Part shown: in pieces, positions 50,892 to 63,775 of the stretch
Position numbering within the stretch: the first letter of the stretch is position 1
Layout: each line of letters begins with the position of its first letter
Position numbers and translations under genes: made by a program
Source: Squalus acanthias
Taxonomy: Eukaryota
DNA: 64,000 nucleotides
Assembly: GCA_030390025.1 (NCBI GenBank)
Contig: CM059432.1
Location: 30,072,001 to 30,136,000 of the forward strand
Direction: 5' to 3'
Notes under the pieces: model-generated
Told to the model about the DNA's origin: nothing
The model's database searches: none
The model's input: only the letters and a program-made list of their open reading frames with translations

Positions 50892-51359
50892 GCAAACAGG
50901 AGCGCAGGGGAGCACGCACGCACGCAAACAGGAGCGCAGGGGAGCACGCAAACAGGAGCGCAGGGGAGCACGCAAACAGGAGCGCAGGGGAGCACGCAAA
51001 CAGGAGCGCAGGGGAGCACGCACGCAAACAGGAGCGCAGGGGAGCACGCACGCAAACAGGAGCGCAGGGGAGCACGCACGCACGCAAACAGGAGCGCAGG
51101 GGAGCACGCACGCAAACAGGAGCGCAGGGGAGCACGCACGCAAACAGGAGCGCAGGGGAGCACGCACGCACGCAAACAGGAGCGCAGGGGAGCACGCAAA
51201 CAGGAGCGCAGGGGAGCACGCACGCAAACAGGAGCGCAGGGGAGCACGCGCGCAAACAGGAGCGCAGGGGAGCACGCACGCAAACAGGAGCGCAGGGGAG
51301 CACGCACGCAAACAGGAGCGCAGGGGAGCACGCACGCAAACAGGAGCGCAGGGGAGCAC
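50892..51359. repeat. GC-rich minisatellite, 24/28/32-bp units, ~17 copies
   Basis: GCAAACAGGAGCGCAGGGGAGCAC(GCAC)0-2. Confidence 0.97.
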
Positions 51360-51764
51360 AAGCAACTTATACAGCAGTGGAACCAGCATCGAGGAAATTT
51401 GGAGCCTAATTTTAAGCACCCAACTAATATGTAACCACTACAATATCAGAGCACAAGTCTAAGTGCGTTCATTCTGGTAAAACATTCAGTAAGTTTGAAG
51501 AATTCTACCCAGAATAACTGAAAATGTTTTAGGAACACAAGCCCGCTTCTCCCAGTTTAATATATAAAAATTACTTATAAATCACATATTTGCAAATACC
51601 ATAAGATGATGTCCATGCATTGTTAAATGTAATTGAAGTGCCTAGAAAATATAAATGTTATTTATCTATCCTGCATAAGGTCCTTTATCGCCCTGTAATT
51701 CATGAAATGAATGTAGGAACGATGAGAATATGATGATGTTTTGTAGTGTATTTTTTCTATATAA

Positions 51765-52040
51765 CCAAGTGGCTTGCTAGGTCACTTCAGAGTCAACCAA
51801 GTAGTGTGGATGAGAGTTGTGTATAGGCCAGACCAGGTAGAGATGGCAGGTTTCCTTCTCTGAAGGACTCTGTCCCACTTTAAAAAAAAATATAATAATG
51901 TGGCACCTTTCGTGGTCATTTCTGGTGCCAGCCCCAGTTCACCAAATTTATTGAATTCACTTTCACAACTTCCCAAGGTGGGATGTTAACTCATGAACTC
52001 TGGGTTACATAACCAGTACCACAATTACTGCACTAATACC
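51765..52040 (-). mobile_element. tRNA-derived SINE (family of 1-56), degraded
   Basis: TAGGCCAGACCAGGTA..GGCAGGTTTCCTTC..GGTGGGAT.TAACTC. Confidence 0.55.
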
Positions 52041-52564
52041 CCCAAGAAGGCAGCTCATCAATACCTTTTCATGCCAATAAGGGATTAAGGGATGGGTAAT
52101 AAATGTGGCATTGCCAACATCACCCACATCTTGAAAACAGAAAAAATCTCAAGACGCCTGATATTATTGCAAATAACATTTTCACTTGTATAGGCAACGT
52201 CCCCAGTGCAATCCGCACATTGAGGCAAACAAATAGATAAATCAATTACTTCTGATCAACGATGAATACAAATCCTTATACAGTAACAGAGGTAGATACC
52301 TTCAGTCAAATCTAATGGAATAATCTAAATCATTGAAAGAATCTGTTCAAAATGTGGAACAAGTGCTAATCCAACTGTTACTGTACAAGATGCAGCACAT
52401 ATCCAACAGAAAGAAATCTCCACCTATGCACACAAATTATCCTCTGCAAATAGGATATCAGACAAGGGTGATACCGAGCCTCTGAGCGCACATACCTTCT
52501 AAAAATAAACCTGGGTCTTTACAAACACACCAAGTTTAACTGTACTGGGATATCACTGGGACAT

Positions 52565-52810
52565 GACAAGTGGTAAGTGTAGCATGCTTGGGAGGAACAG
52601 GTGACTTTGGACCTGTGATTCCCAAAGTTTCCCACCGTTGGGGTTTTCCTCACCTCATGTCTGAGTCTGTTGCAGACTAATTGATAGAGATTGATTGCTA
52701 TGATTAGTGAACAACTCCATTATCATTGTATCACGTGACTACCAGGATGGTGGAAGGTGAATTAGATGGATTGTGGTCATTTTTCATCTAGCAATTCCTA
52801 TGTTCCTATC
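52565..52810 (+). mobile_element. CR1-type long 3'UTR fragment; an inverted copy lies at 63780-63945
   Basis: Ends CTAGCAATTCCTATGTTCCTAT; the two copies align. Confidence 0.65.
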
Positions 52811-52926
52811 ATGCCTGATTCTGTCCACCCACATGCATCTCCAGCAGAGGTCGCTAGTCATCTGAAGCAGGTGGGGGGAGTGAAAGGGAAACAGAAAAAA
52901 TCTCAAGACGCCTGATATTTGCAAAT

Positions 52927-55900
52927 GTGGTCGGGGACAGTATAGTCAGAGGGATAGATACTGTTCTCTGCAGCCGCGACCGGGAGTTCCAAAGGATGTG
53001 TTGCCTGCCTGGTGCCAGGGTTAAAGACATCTCCTCACAACTGGAGGAGAACTTGGAGTGGGAAGGGGAAGATCCAGTTGTCGTGGTCCACGTAGGAACC
53101 AACGACATAGGTAGAACTAGGAATGAGGTTCTGCAGAGAGAGTTTGAGTTGTTCGGGTCCAAATTAAAAAGCAGAACCTCAAAAAGGCAATAATTTCTGG
53201 ATTGTTACCTGAGCCACATGCCAATTGGCATAGAGATAAGCAGATTAGAAGGTTAAATGCGTGGCTCAAAGGGTGGTGTGGGAGGCAGGGGTTTTGCTTC
53301 ATGGGGCACTGGCATCAGTACTAGGGAAAGAGGGAGCTGTTCCGTTGGGACGGGCTCCACTTAAACCGGGCTGGAAGCAGTATCCTGGCGAATCGAATAA
53401 CTAGGGCAATTAACAGGGCTTTAAACTAATGAAGGGGGGTTTGGGAGGATTCAGGAAAGAGTAAATTGAAAAGCAGCAAAAGAAATGTCAACACTCTAGA
53501 GCAGAGCAGAGTTTTGGGTAAAAATAAGCAGAGTAGGGCAGGAAGGGACAGAGAGAGTAACAAAGGTAATAGGGCATCAGTGACTAAGGTGACATCAGGG
53601 AAAAATAGAAAAAAGGTCAAACCTAAAGGCAACAGAACAGATGAATTAATAGCGTAGGTAATAGCCATTATGGAGATGGGGTTGCAAAGTGACCAAGGTT
53701 GGGAATTAAATATACCAGGATACTTAACTTTTAGAAGAGATGGGCAAAATGGAAAAGGAGGAGGGGTAGCCCTGATAATAAAGTATGGGATAAAGACAGT
53801 AGAGAGAAAGGATCTTAGCTCTGAAAATCAAGAAGTAGAATCAGTTTGCGTGGAGCTAAGAAACAGCAAGGGGCAGAAAACATTGGTGGGAGTTGTTTAT
53901 AGGCCCCCAAACAGCAGTTGTAATGTAGGGCAGAGTATAAATCAGTAAATTAGAGGCACATGTAACAATGATAATACAGTAATCATGGGGGACTTTAATC
54001 TACACATAGACTGAGCAAACCAAATTTGTAGTAATAGTGTGGAGGACGAATTCATGGAATGTATACAAGATAGTTTTCTAGATCAGTATGTTGAGGAACC
54101 AACCAGGGAACAGGCTATTTTAGATCTAGTATTTTGCAATCAGAAAGGGTTAATTAATAACCTTGTAGTAAAGGGGACTTTAGGGAAGAGTGACCATAAT
54201 ATGACAGAATTTTATATTGGGCCAAAAATTCATCCCGCTGCGCGAGAGTACGCACTGCGTACTCTCGCGTATTCTCTCTCCAATTGCCGGTTTTCTGCAT
54301 GCCCTGCGCATGCGCTGAAAACCGGCACTTGGTCTTTGGAAAAGGGGGCGCTCCCTCAGTGCATCGCGTGCGCGCTACAGGCTGCGCGCACGCTGTGCAC
54401 TTCGTGCTTTGGACGCGCAGGTAAGGACGGAAGATTTTAGAAATGGAAAAAGGAGGAGTAAGACCCACTTTTAACAAGGTAAGTAGTGAATTAAGTATTT
54501 TTTTGAATTTTTTTTTTTAACAGGTATATCTTTTTTAGAGACTTTAAAGACAGGTAAGTTTATTTTATAACTTTTTAAAAGATTTTAAATTTTTTCAAAA
54601 ATTTAATTTTTTATTTAAAATGGTTAATTTATTTAACTATACTTATTTTATTAATGTGATGGTTTTTTTTTTTTAATTTAATTGAGGTTTAGCTGTTATT
54701 TTGGGGGGGTGTAAGATTCATAGATTTCACAGCACGTATGTGGAACTTATGAATGGAAGATGGTGTGCTGCCATTGGCTTTAACTGAGTCACGTGATCCC
54801 ACAGCTCGCATGAATTCACTACGCCGGTGGGATACGCAAGCACTGCCCAGCTGATGTCTGGAACATCAAGTTCGTGCGAGCTGGATCTGAAAAAGCCAAC
54901 GCGGAGTGAGAGATCGCGGGGAAGCCTTACCCCCGCGGGAACAGAGCGAGATCAATTTCTGGGCCATTAAGTTTGAAAGTGATTACGTTAAGTCTGAAAC
55001 TCGGGTCTTAAATCTAAACAAAGCAAACTACATAGGTATGAGGGGCGAGTTGGCTAAGGTAGATTGGGAAACTACATGAAAAGGTATAACGGTAGACAAG
55101 CAATGGCTAGCATTTAAAGAATTAATAAATAATTTACAACAAATATACATTTCTTTAAGGCACAATAACACCCACTGGAAATGTGGATTGGATCAAAGGA
55201 TGAGGCTTATAATGTTGCCAAAAAGAGCAGTAAGCCTGAGGATTGGGAGGATTTTAGAAAGGAGGACCAAGAAATTGATAAAGAAAGGGAAAATAGAATA
55301 TGAGAGTAAACCAGTGAGAGACATAAAAACAGACTGTAAAAGCTTCGATAGGTATGTAAAAAGGAAAAGATTAGCGGAAGTAAATGTGGGTCCCTTACAG
55401 GCTGAGACAGGAGAAATTATAATGGGGAATACGGAAATGGCAGAGAAATTAAACAAATACTTTGTGTCTGTCTTCACGGAAGAAGACGCAAAAAACTTCC
55501 CGGAAATAGTGGACAACCAAGGGTCTAGTGAAAATGAGAACTTAGTAAAAAATAGTACTGGAGAAATTAATGGGACTGAAAGTCGATAAATCCCCCGGAC
55601 CTGATGGCCTACATCCTAGGTTTTTGAACGAGGTGGCTATAGAGATAGTGGATGCATTGGTTGTCATCTTACAAAATTCCATTGATTCTAGAACGGTTCT
55701 AGTGGATTAGAAGGTGGAACTACAGACCAGTTAGCCTGACATCAGTAGCAGGGAAAATGCTAGAATTTATTATTAAGGATGTGGTAACAGGGCACTTAGA
55801 AAATAATAATAGGATTGGGCAGAGTCAACACGGATTTATGAAAGGGAAATAATGTTTGCCGAATCGGTTTGAGGTTGTAACTAGCAGAATAGATAAGGGG

Positions 55901-57095
55901 GAACCAGTGGATGTGGTGTATTTGGATTTTCAGAAGGCATTCGATAAGGTGCCACACAAGAGGTTATTAAACAAAATTAGGGCTCATGGGGGTAATATAC
56001 TAGCATGGATTGATTAACGGACAGAAAACAGAGAGTAGGAACAAACGGGTCATTTTCGGGTTGGCAGGCTGTAACTAGTGGGGTACCGCAAGGATCAGTG
56101 CTTGGGCCTCAGCTATTCACAATCTATATCAATGATTTGAATGAGGGGACCAAATGTAATATATCCAAGTTTGCTGATGATACAAAGCTGGGTGGGAATG
56201 TAAGTTGTGAGGAGGATACAAAGAGGCTTCAAGGGGATATAGACAGGCTAAGTGAGTGGGCAAGAACATGGCAAATGGAATATAATGTGGAGAAATGTGA
56301 AGTTATCCACTTTGGTAGGAAAAATAGAAAAGCAGAATGTTTTTTAAATAGTGAGAGATTGGGAAATGTTGGTGTTCAGAGGGACCTGCGTGTCCTTGTA
56401 CATGAATCACTGAAAGTTAACATGCAGGTATAGCAAGCAATTAAGAAAGCAAATGGTATGTTGGCCTTTATTACAAGAGGATTTGAGTATAAGAGTAAAG
56501 ATGTCTTACTGCAATTATATTGGGCTCTGGTGAGACCACACCTGGAGTATTGTGTACAGTTTTGGTCTCCTTACCTAAGGAAGGATGTACTTGCCATAGA
56601 AGGAGTGCAACGAAGGTTCACCAGCTTGATTCCTGGGATGGGGGGGGGATTGTCTTATGAGGAGAGATTGAGTAGACTAGGCCTCTGTTCTCTGGAGTTT
56701 AGAAGAATGAGGTGATCTCATTGAAACATACAAAATTCTTACAGGGCTTGACAGGGTAGATGCAGGGAGGATGTTTCCCCTGGCTGGGGAGTCTAGAACC
56801 AACGGTTACTGTCTCAGAATAAGGGGTCGGCCATTTAGGACCGAGATGAGGAGAAATTTCTGCACTCAGAGGGTGGTGAATCTTTGGAATTCTCTACCCC
56901 AGAGGGCTGTGGAGGCTCAGTCGCTGAGTATATTCAAAACAGAGATCGATAGATTTTTGGATATTAAGGGAATCAAGGGATATGGGGATAGTGCAGGAAT
57001 GCGGCATTGAGGTAGAAGATTTGCCATGATCTTATTGAATGGCGGAGCAGGCTCGAGGGGCCGAATGGCCTACTCCTGCTCCTATTTCTTCTTAT
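52927..57095 (+). mobile_element. CR1 LINE, 5'-truncated in ORF1, inactivated, split by a MITE
   Basis: VVGDSIVRG/HVGTNDIG esterase, APE and RT remnants, tail. Confidence 0.93.
54219..54965. mobile_element. Harbinger-type MITE, 747 bp
   Basis: TIR GGGCCAAAAATTCATCCCGCT vs reverse complement GGCCCAGAAATTGATCTCGCT; 3-bp TSD ATT; host frame SDHNMTEFYI|KFE rejoins. Confidence 0.88.
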
Positions 57096-57671
57096 GATCC
57101 TCTTCCCTAGCCCACAGGTGCCAAAGCCTATCGTGGCCTCCTGCTACCCCTAACTTAGATTAATTAATAAGTGTGACTGGGGTCCAGTGAGTTACATCAT
57201 CGAAGTGCCTTTAAGATATAGATAGGATTCAGTCCTTTTTAAACAACAATCATCACTGTAAACCACTGAATGGTTACTCTCAACCTGCACATGGAAACTG
57301 CAGCCACTCATTAGTATAAAGCTCTCGTTCAGCACAATACATCTGCAGTCTGTCCAATACGGATGCACCTCATTTCATCTTACATTGAATTGCTGGATGG
57401 ATTTTTCCTTTCCCCCTCCCCCCAATCAATTAATAACAAAAAGGTATAGAGAACTTTCCAAAATTATGCACACTTCGAGGAAATATCACTGCCAAGAAAT
57501 ACTCCGGGTTCACATCACAGCTGAATTGATAAGCAACATTTTTTTTCATATTAACGGCACTTGTGCAATTCACCACTGTGCCGTTCTACGGACCCACGTT
57601 GACATATATATATTATACATCTCACAGCCAACCTATCGGAGAGACCCTTCAATCAGGTAGCAGTTCCCTAC

Positions 57672-57868
57672 CTTGCTTCGTATTGCTGTGCAGTCCTGAT
57701 GCTGGCAGCCGCCGCAGTCTGTGTTTGCTGATTTGCACAAGTCCTTTCCCGGGCGTCCTTTTCAGAGTCGGGGAGGATTTCCCGTGCGCAGGGCTCTTCT
57801 TGATGAGCAAGTACCGACTTTTTACCATCGGCGGTCCACTAAGGCTGGTCCTCCTCTCGGTCAGTGAG
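57672..57868 (-). CDS. ZC3H3: Internal coding exon of zinc finger CCCH-type containing 3 (probably exon 3)
   Basis: Acceptor TTTCTTTTTGCAAG|, donor CAAG|GTAGGG, 197 nt, phase 2 in and phase 1 out. The peptide ..AHGKSSPTLKRTPGKGLVQISKHRLRRLPAS.. resembles human ZC3H3 as I recall it (GKSSPVLKKTPNKGLVQVTTHRLCRLP); not verified by search. Confidence 0.88.
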
Positions 57869-58369
57869 CTTGCAAAAAGAAATGGCAGAACCGTAAATGC
57901 TCTGAAGAGATGGCGTGCAGCATAGTCCATTAGACACCATTCCTTCACCTCAGGGTACAAGGTTCCAATCCAGCCCGGACTGAAAACCTCCCCTCTCCCA
58001 ATGCAAGACCTTTCAGCAGTCTCGCCCATTTCCTGGAAGGCATGAGCTGCCTACAATTCAGTGTAAATCTGGAGGTACAACAGTGCAGCCAGAGACAAAG
58101 GTAATCTCACTAAGCAGAGGTCAAAATAAAAAGCATACACAAATGCTTAAAATCTGAATATTAGGGACAGACAGCAAGTCAGTCAGCATCCAGAAGATGA
58201 TTGCTCAAGGGTCATTCAGATGCTGACTGTACATTGCCAGCATTGTCTGGTTTAAGATACTATCCAATCTCCAATGGTAATGCACACAGGGAGTCAAGTA
58301 AAGTCTTTAGATGAAACGAGATTAGAAGGTGGGGGACCAGGGCGTGCAGACAAATTCAGGCCTCATTTT

Positions 58370-58740
58370 AAAATTACACATTCTGTCCTTATTTTCATGT
58401 TCCTATCTCTGTAACCGCCAACACCCTTCCAAGAACTCTGGGTTCCTCCATGTTGGCCCTCTCGTGCATCCCCTACTCCCTTCGCCCCACCATTGGCGAT
58501 CGCGCCTTCAGCCGTCTCGGCCTCAGGCTCAGGAATTCCCTCACTAAACCTCTCCGTGCTCTCTCCTCCTTTAAGATGCTGCTTTAACCATCTTTAAAGT
58601 TCTTTGACAAAGCTTTTAGTCACCCATCCGATTATCTCCTGCTTTGGTTCGGTGTCAATTTTTATCTGATTACGCTCCTGTGGAGCGCCTTGGGACGTTT
58701 TACTATGTTAAAGGCGGTATGTAAATACAAGTTGTTGTAA
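58370..58740 (+). mobile_element. L2 3' end
   Basis: Aligns with 35370-35770. Confidence 0.85.
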
Positions 58741-59119
58741 CACTTTCATCTCTGCTGCGTCACTGATGACTCCAACACCCTCCTCCAGGATGAACCAGAC
58801 CATTTGCAATCTTACCATTCTGTTTGACCTTCAGCTAAGCTGAGCTGTAAACCCCACATCCTTTCCATCGCCACAATTTCTGCTGCCTCCAGCCATGCTC
58901 AGCTTCTCGAATACATTAACCACATGTGGTTCATTGGGATTCCAGATGTGGCTAATTGCATTTTTGATTAGTAAACAAATTTGAGTAATAGACACCATCC
59001 TTGGGCATGTGATCTCAATATTTGCACGGTTTATGCATGTGTACTTTAACCTTTTTGTCCGTTTGTTGGTAAAATAAAACGCAGTGTGTGTGTGTGTGTG
59101 TTCTTTCTTGTGAGTGCTT

Positions 59120-59905
59120 GAGTCATAACGGCACAGAAGGAGGCCATTCGGCCCATCGAGTCCGTGCCGGCTCTCTGCAGAGCAATCCAGTCAGTCCCAT
59201 TCCCCCGCTCTATCCCCGTAGCCCAGCAAGTTTATTTCCCTCAAGTACCTATCCAGTCTCCCCTTGAAAACATTGAGTGTCTCCGCTTCCACCACTTCCG
59301 TCTGCAGCAAATTCCAGGTCTTCACCACTCGCTGCGTAAAAAAGTTTTTCCTCACATCCCCCTGTACCTCTTGCCCAAAACCTTAAATCTGTGTCCCCTA
59401 GTCCTTGTACCATCAACTAGTGGAAACAGCCTTTCCCCGTCTAGCCTATCCAAACCCGTCATAATCTTGTACACCTCTATCAAAACACCCCTCAACCTCC
59501 TTTCTCTAATGAAAACAAATCCAGCTTCTCCAACCTGTCCTTGTAGCCAAGATCCCCCATCCCCGGAACCATTCTGATAAATCTCCTCTGCACCCTCTCA
59601 AGGGCCTTCACATCCTTCCTAAAGTGTGGTGACCCGAACTGGATGCAATACTCCAGTTGTGGCCTAACCAGCGCTTTATAAAGGTTCAGCATAACTTCTC
59701 TACTTTTGTACTCAATACCTCTATTTATGAAGCCCAAGATCCCATCTGCTTTGCTAACCACTCTCTCAATATGTCCCGCCACCTTCAGGGACCTATGCAC
59801 AATAACTCCCAGGTCCCTCTGTCCCTGCACACTCTTTAAAACTGTGCCATTCAGTGTATATTGCCTCTCCCTGTTCCTTCTGCCAAAATGCATCACCTCA
59901 CACTT
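59120..59905 (-). mobile_element. CR1 3' portion, same subfamily as the inner CR1 at 10650
   Basis: Nearly the same peptide (EVMHFGRRNRERQYT..) and tail. Confidence 0.93.
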
Positions 59906-60179
59906 GGTAGATGTTAGTTCAGTAAATATACACGTGAGGTACATTTAGCTGTAAGGCGTTTTCTACTAAAATTAGGGCATGCGGCTAAAACAATGTTATT
60001 GTAGCCACATCTGCGATTAGTCAGTGATTTCTATTGGACAACACTTGGCTATGAAGTGTTAAAATCACCAAAGGTGAAACAGGCAAAGGCTCTTAGGAGA
60101 CTGCTCTTAATATGTCAAATCACTGCAAAGCAGCAATTGACAAAGCAAACAAAATACTGAACAATATCAGGAACTTTAA

Positions 60180-60600
60180 ATGTCAACTTGGCTTAAAGGT
60201 AGCATCCTCATCTCCGAGTCAGAAGGACATGGGTTCAAGTCCCACTCTAGGACTTGAGCACATAATCCAGGATGACCATTCAATGCTGTACTGAGGGAGT
60301 GCTGCAATGTCAGGAAGGTCTGCTTTTTGCAGAGATGTTAAACTGAGGCCATGTGCGCTTATTCAGGTGTATGCAAAACAACCCATTGCACCTTTTTCGA
60401 AGAAGAGCAGGAAGTTCCCCAGTGTCTTGGCCAACATTCATCCCTCAAACAACACCAGTAAAAACAGATCAACTTTCCTTTTGTGGGACCTTGCTGTGTG
60501 CAATTTTGCCTACATAACAACGATGGCTCCACTCAACAATATTTTATTGGCTGTCCTGAATATGTGAAAAGGTGCTACATAAATGCAAGTCTCTCTTTTT
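60180..60600 (+). mobile_element. DeuSINE, degraded
   Basis: GGGTTCAAGTCCCACT..GTACTGAGGGAGTGCTGCA..tail. Confidence 0.8.
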
Positions 60601-60639
60601 TTATATAGCCAAACCAGTACAGTACAAGTTGAAGAAATT

Positions 60640-61085
60640 AATGCTCACCATATTCCAGTCTGGTCACTGAACATGAGGGAAACATTCAAGGCTGAGGCAG
60701 TAGAGCCACAAGATTAATACCTAGCATCAGCAGAACAGGAGGGGTTTTGATAGAATAGAATAGATCAAGAAAGGCTATTCCCTCTGGCGAGTGGGTCAAT
60801 AACCAGAGGTCATAGATTTAAAATTATTGGCAAAAGATCTAAAGGGGAGATGAGATTTTTTTTCTACACAGTTGTCGTGATCTGGAACTCTCTAACTGAA
60901 AGGTGGTGGAAGCTGATTCCATAAATAATTTTAAAAAGGGAGTTGGACAGGTACTTAAGGATGAGGAACTTACAGGGTTACGGACAAAAAGCATGGATGT
61001 GGGACTAAGCATGACTGCTCTTTCAAAGAGCCAGCACAGGAATGATGGGCTGAATGGCCTCCTTCTGTGCTGTTAAGTTTCTATA
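60640..61085 (+). mobile_element. CR1 3' fragment, degraded
   Basis: FKKG.LDRYL remnant and tail. Confidence 0.75.
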
Positions 61086-61489
61086 ATTCCAACATGAACT
61101 AAGAACAGACTGGAGAATCCTGGGTACTTCAGCTTTCAAAAGAAATTTATAGAGGTATGTATGCAAATGGCTTCAAAAGAAAAATCCAAAATATGACCTC
61201 AATTTAAAAGGGTTAGAGCACCTACATTCAGATTACGACAAAGCAAACTTAGGTCTGAGATCAGGAAGTGATGTACACCTGGAATGAACTTCTGAGTGAG
61301 ATAGGGGAGACAAAAAAATCCGGAACCATTTAAGAGAAGAGATGCTGTGTTGGGGTGTTTGGGGGGTGGGTGGAGGGGGGGAAAGAGAGGGAGGGAAGAA
61401 AGGAATACTGTAGGATAAGCCAACTGGCCATCCTCTCTCTCTCACACACACACAAACTGCTGCTGTAGTCGGGAAGAGGAACTGCTGGT

Positions 61490-63775
61490 GCTTCAAGAAC
61501 TAACTCATTGTTAACCTCTAGTGGTAATAACCTGGTAATGCAGCATTACTGTACTGTACTAGAGATCCCTGTAAAATGCCTGAAAATATCAGATTTATTT
61601 TTTGAGTATGTGAGTGTGTGGGGGGTGGCGGTGGGAAGAAGGGGAACAGAGGAGTGGATACCACTTCAGAAGAATTCTTACCTATTTAAAGCAAATTTTG
61701 ACTTTTCAAACTTAGTAGTGGCTGATTTAAATGGAAAGATTTATAAGGAGAAATTTTATAATCTGATCTCTTGCAAAATTTTAAATTCCATCTTCCTGGC
61801 TGAATTTGTTTGAAATATTTTGCTGATGCCCTCGTTGGGTTAACTGCCTGTGAGGACCTACTGGACACATGAAGGAGCTCAGTCATCAGCAAGGTTGGGG
61901 GCGGGGGGTGGGGGGAAAGAGAATGCATTAAACCAGGGAGTGTCGGCCTGTCTTTTGGTGCGGTGTTAATTCAGTGCCCTCATACTGACCGCCCCAAAAC
62001 TGTTCCAGACCAGCTCTCCCCATCCAAATAAAAATATTTGGAAAGAAAAAAAGTATAACCACAATTATCATAGAGGCCATTCGGCCCATCGAGTCTAAGC
62101 CACCTCTTGCGAAGAGCAATGCAGTTAGTCCCACTCCCCCGCTCTTTCCCCATATCCCTGCAAAGTTTTTCTCCTTCAAGAATTTATCCAACTCCCTTTT
62201 GAAGGCTACTATTGAATCTGCATCCACCACCCGATCAGGCAGTGCATTCCAAATCCTAACCACTCGCTGCGTATAAAAGTTTTTCCTCATGTCGCCTGTG
62301 GGTCTTTTGCTAATCACTTTAATAATGTGCCCTCTCGTTATTGATCCTTCAGTCATTGGAAACAGTTTCTCTTTATTTACTCTATCTAAACCTTCATGAT
62401 TTGAAACACCTCTATCAAATCTCCGCTTAGCCTTCGCTGCTCCAAGGAGAACAACCCTAGTTTCTCCAGTCTGTTCACACAACTGTAATCTCTGGAGCCA
62501 TTCTAGTAAATCTCTTCTGTACCCTCTCCAAAGCCTTTATGTCCTTCCTAAAGTGTGGTGCCCAGAATTGGACTCCAGCTGGGGCCGAATTAATGTTTTA
62601 TATAGGTTTAGCGTCACTTCCTGGCTTTTATACTCTACCCCTCTATTTATAAAGCCCAGGATTCCATATGCTTTATAACAGATTTGTTAACCTGTTCTGC
62701 CACCTTCAAAGATTTGTGCACATGCACCCCCAGGTCTCTCTGTTCTTGCACACTCTTTAATATTGTAACATTTAGTGTGTATGGTCTATCTTCATTCTTC
62801 TTACCAAAATGTATCACCTCACACTTCTCTGCGTTGAATTTCATCTGCCATGTGTCCACCTATTACACCAGCTTGTCTATGTCTTCTTGAAGTCTATTAC
62901 TATCTTCCTCACTGTTTACTACACTTCCAAGTTTTGTTTTATCAGCAAATTTGGAAATTGTGCCTGTACACCCCCCCCACCCCTCCCCAAGTCATTAATG
63001 TATATCAAAAACAGAAGTGGTCCTAGTATTGAACCTTGGGGAACACTACTGTATACCTCACTCCAGTCTGAAAAACCGCCATTCACCTCAACTCTGTTTT
63101 CTATCCCTTCGCCAATTTTGTATCCCTGCAACCAATGCCCCTTAAATCCTACAGGCTTCAACTTTGCTAACAAGCCTAATATGTGGTACTTTATCAAAGG
63201 CAACATCAACTGCACTGCCCTTATCTGCACTCCAGTGGTCTGCTTTCCTCATTATCCAGGAGATTTTCCGAGGACAACACCTTGAGTGAGATGTCGCATC
63301 ATTTTACAGGCTGCTGTGCTTGTTTTGTTATTTTATTTCATCTCCTTTTCTCAGTGACTAAAATTACACAAATGTTTCTCTTAATTCCATTGGTGGGATA
63401 TTGCTGTACCATAGGTTTCGAAATTCTTGATTTTTCCACCAATTCCTATTATCTGCTGGAGGCCGGGTTGGGGGGGGGGGGAAAGAAGTCCCGTCCTTCA
63501 TGGCAGATAATGCAGTATTTTCTGTCACCAAAGGAAGTTGGTATATAGCTTTGTTTTTTATAAAGGGTTAGTGTTGCGGCGAATCCTGATTTAACCTACA
63601 GGCTGTGACATGAGGCCTATTTGTCGCCCTCCCTCCTTGCAGTCCAGTATTGTGTGATAGAGGTGGCTTGTTTCTGAATGCTATGTGAAGTCTTTATTTG
63701 GTTACTGTCACTGGACTCTTTTTTTGCTTGTTGAGTTAGTTGATGTGGAAGCAATCTGGAGCTTTCAAAAGTAAC
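61490..63775. repeat. Unclassified ~1 kb repeat, copy B (inverted vs copy A), split by a CR1
   Basis: Blocks such as TTTTGGGGCGGTCAGTATGAGGGCACTGAATTAACAC and GACAGTAACCAAATAAAGACTTCA are shared with 30340-31380. Confidence 0.8.
62068..63225 (-). mobile_element. CR1 3' portion
   Basis: SVPQGSILGP..WQMKFNAEKCEVIHFG..RVVRIWNALP. Confidence 0.9.

Noticed and set aside
50701..51462. Six ~200-aa ORFs
   Set aside because: Artefacts of a stop-free minisatellite.
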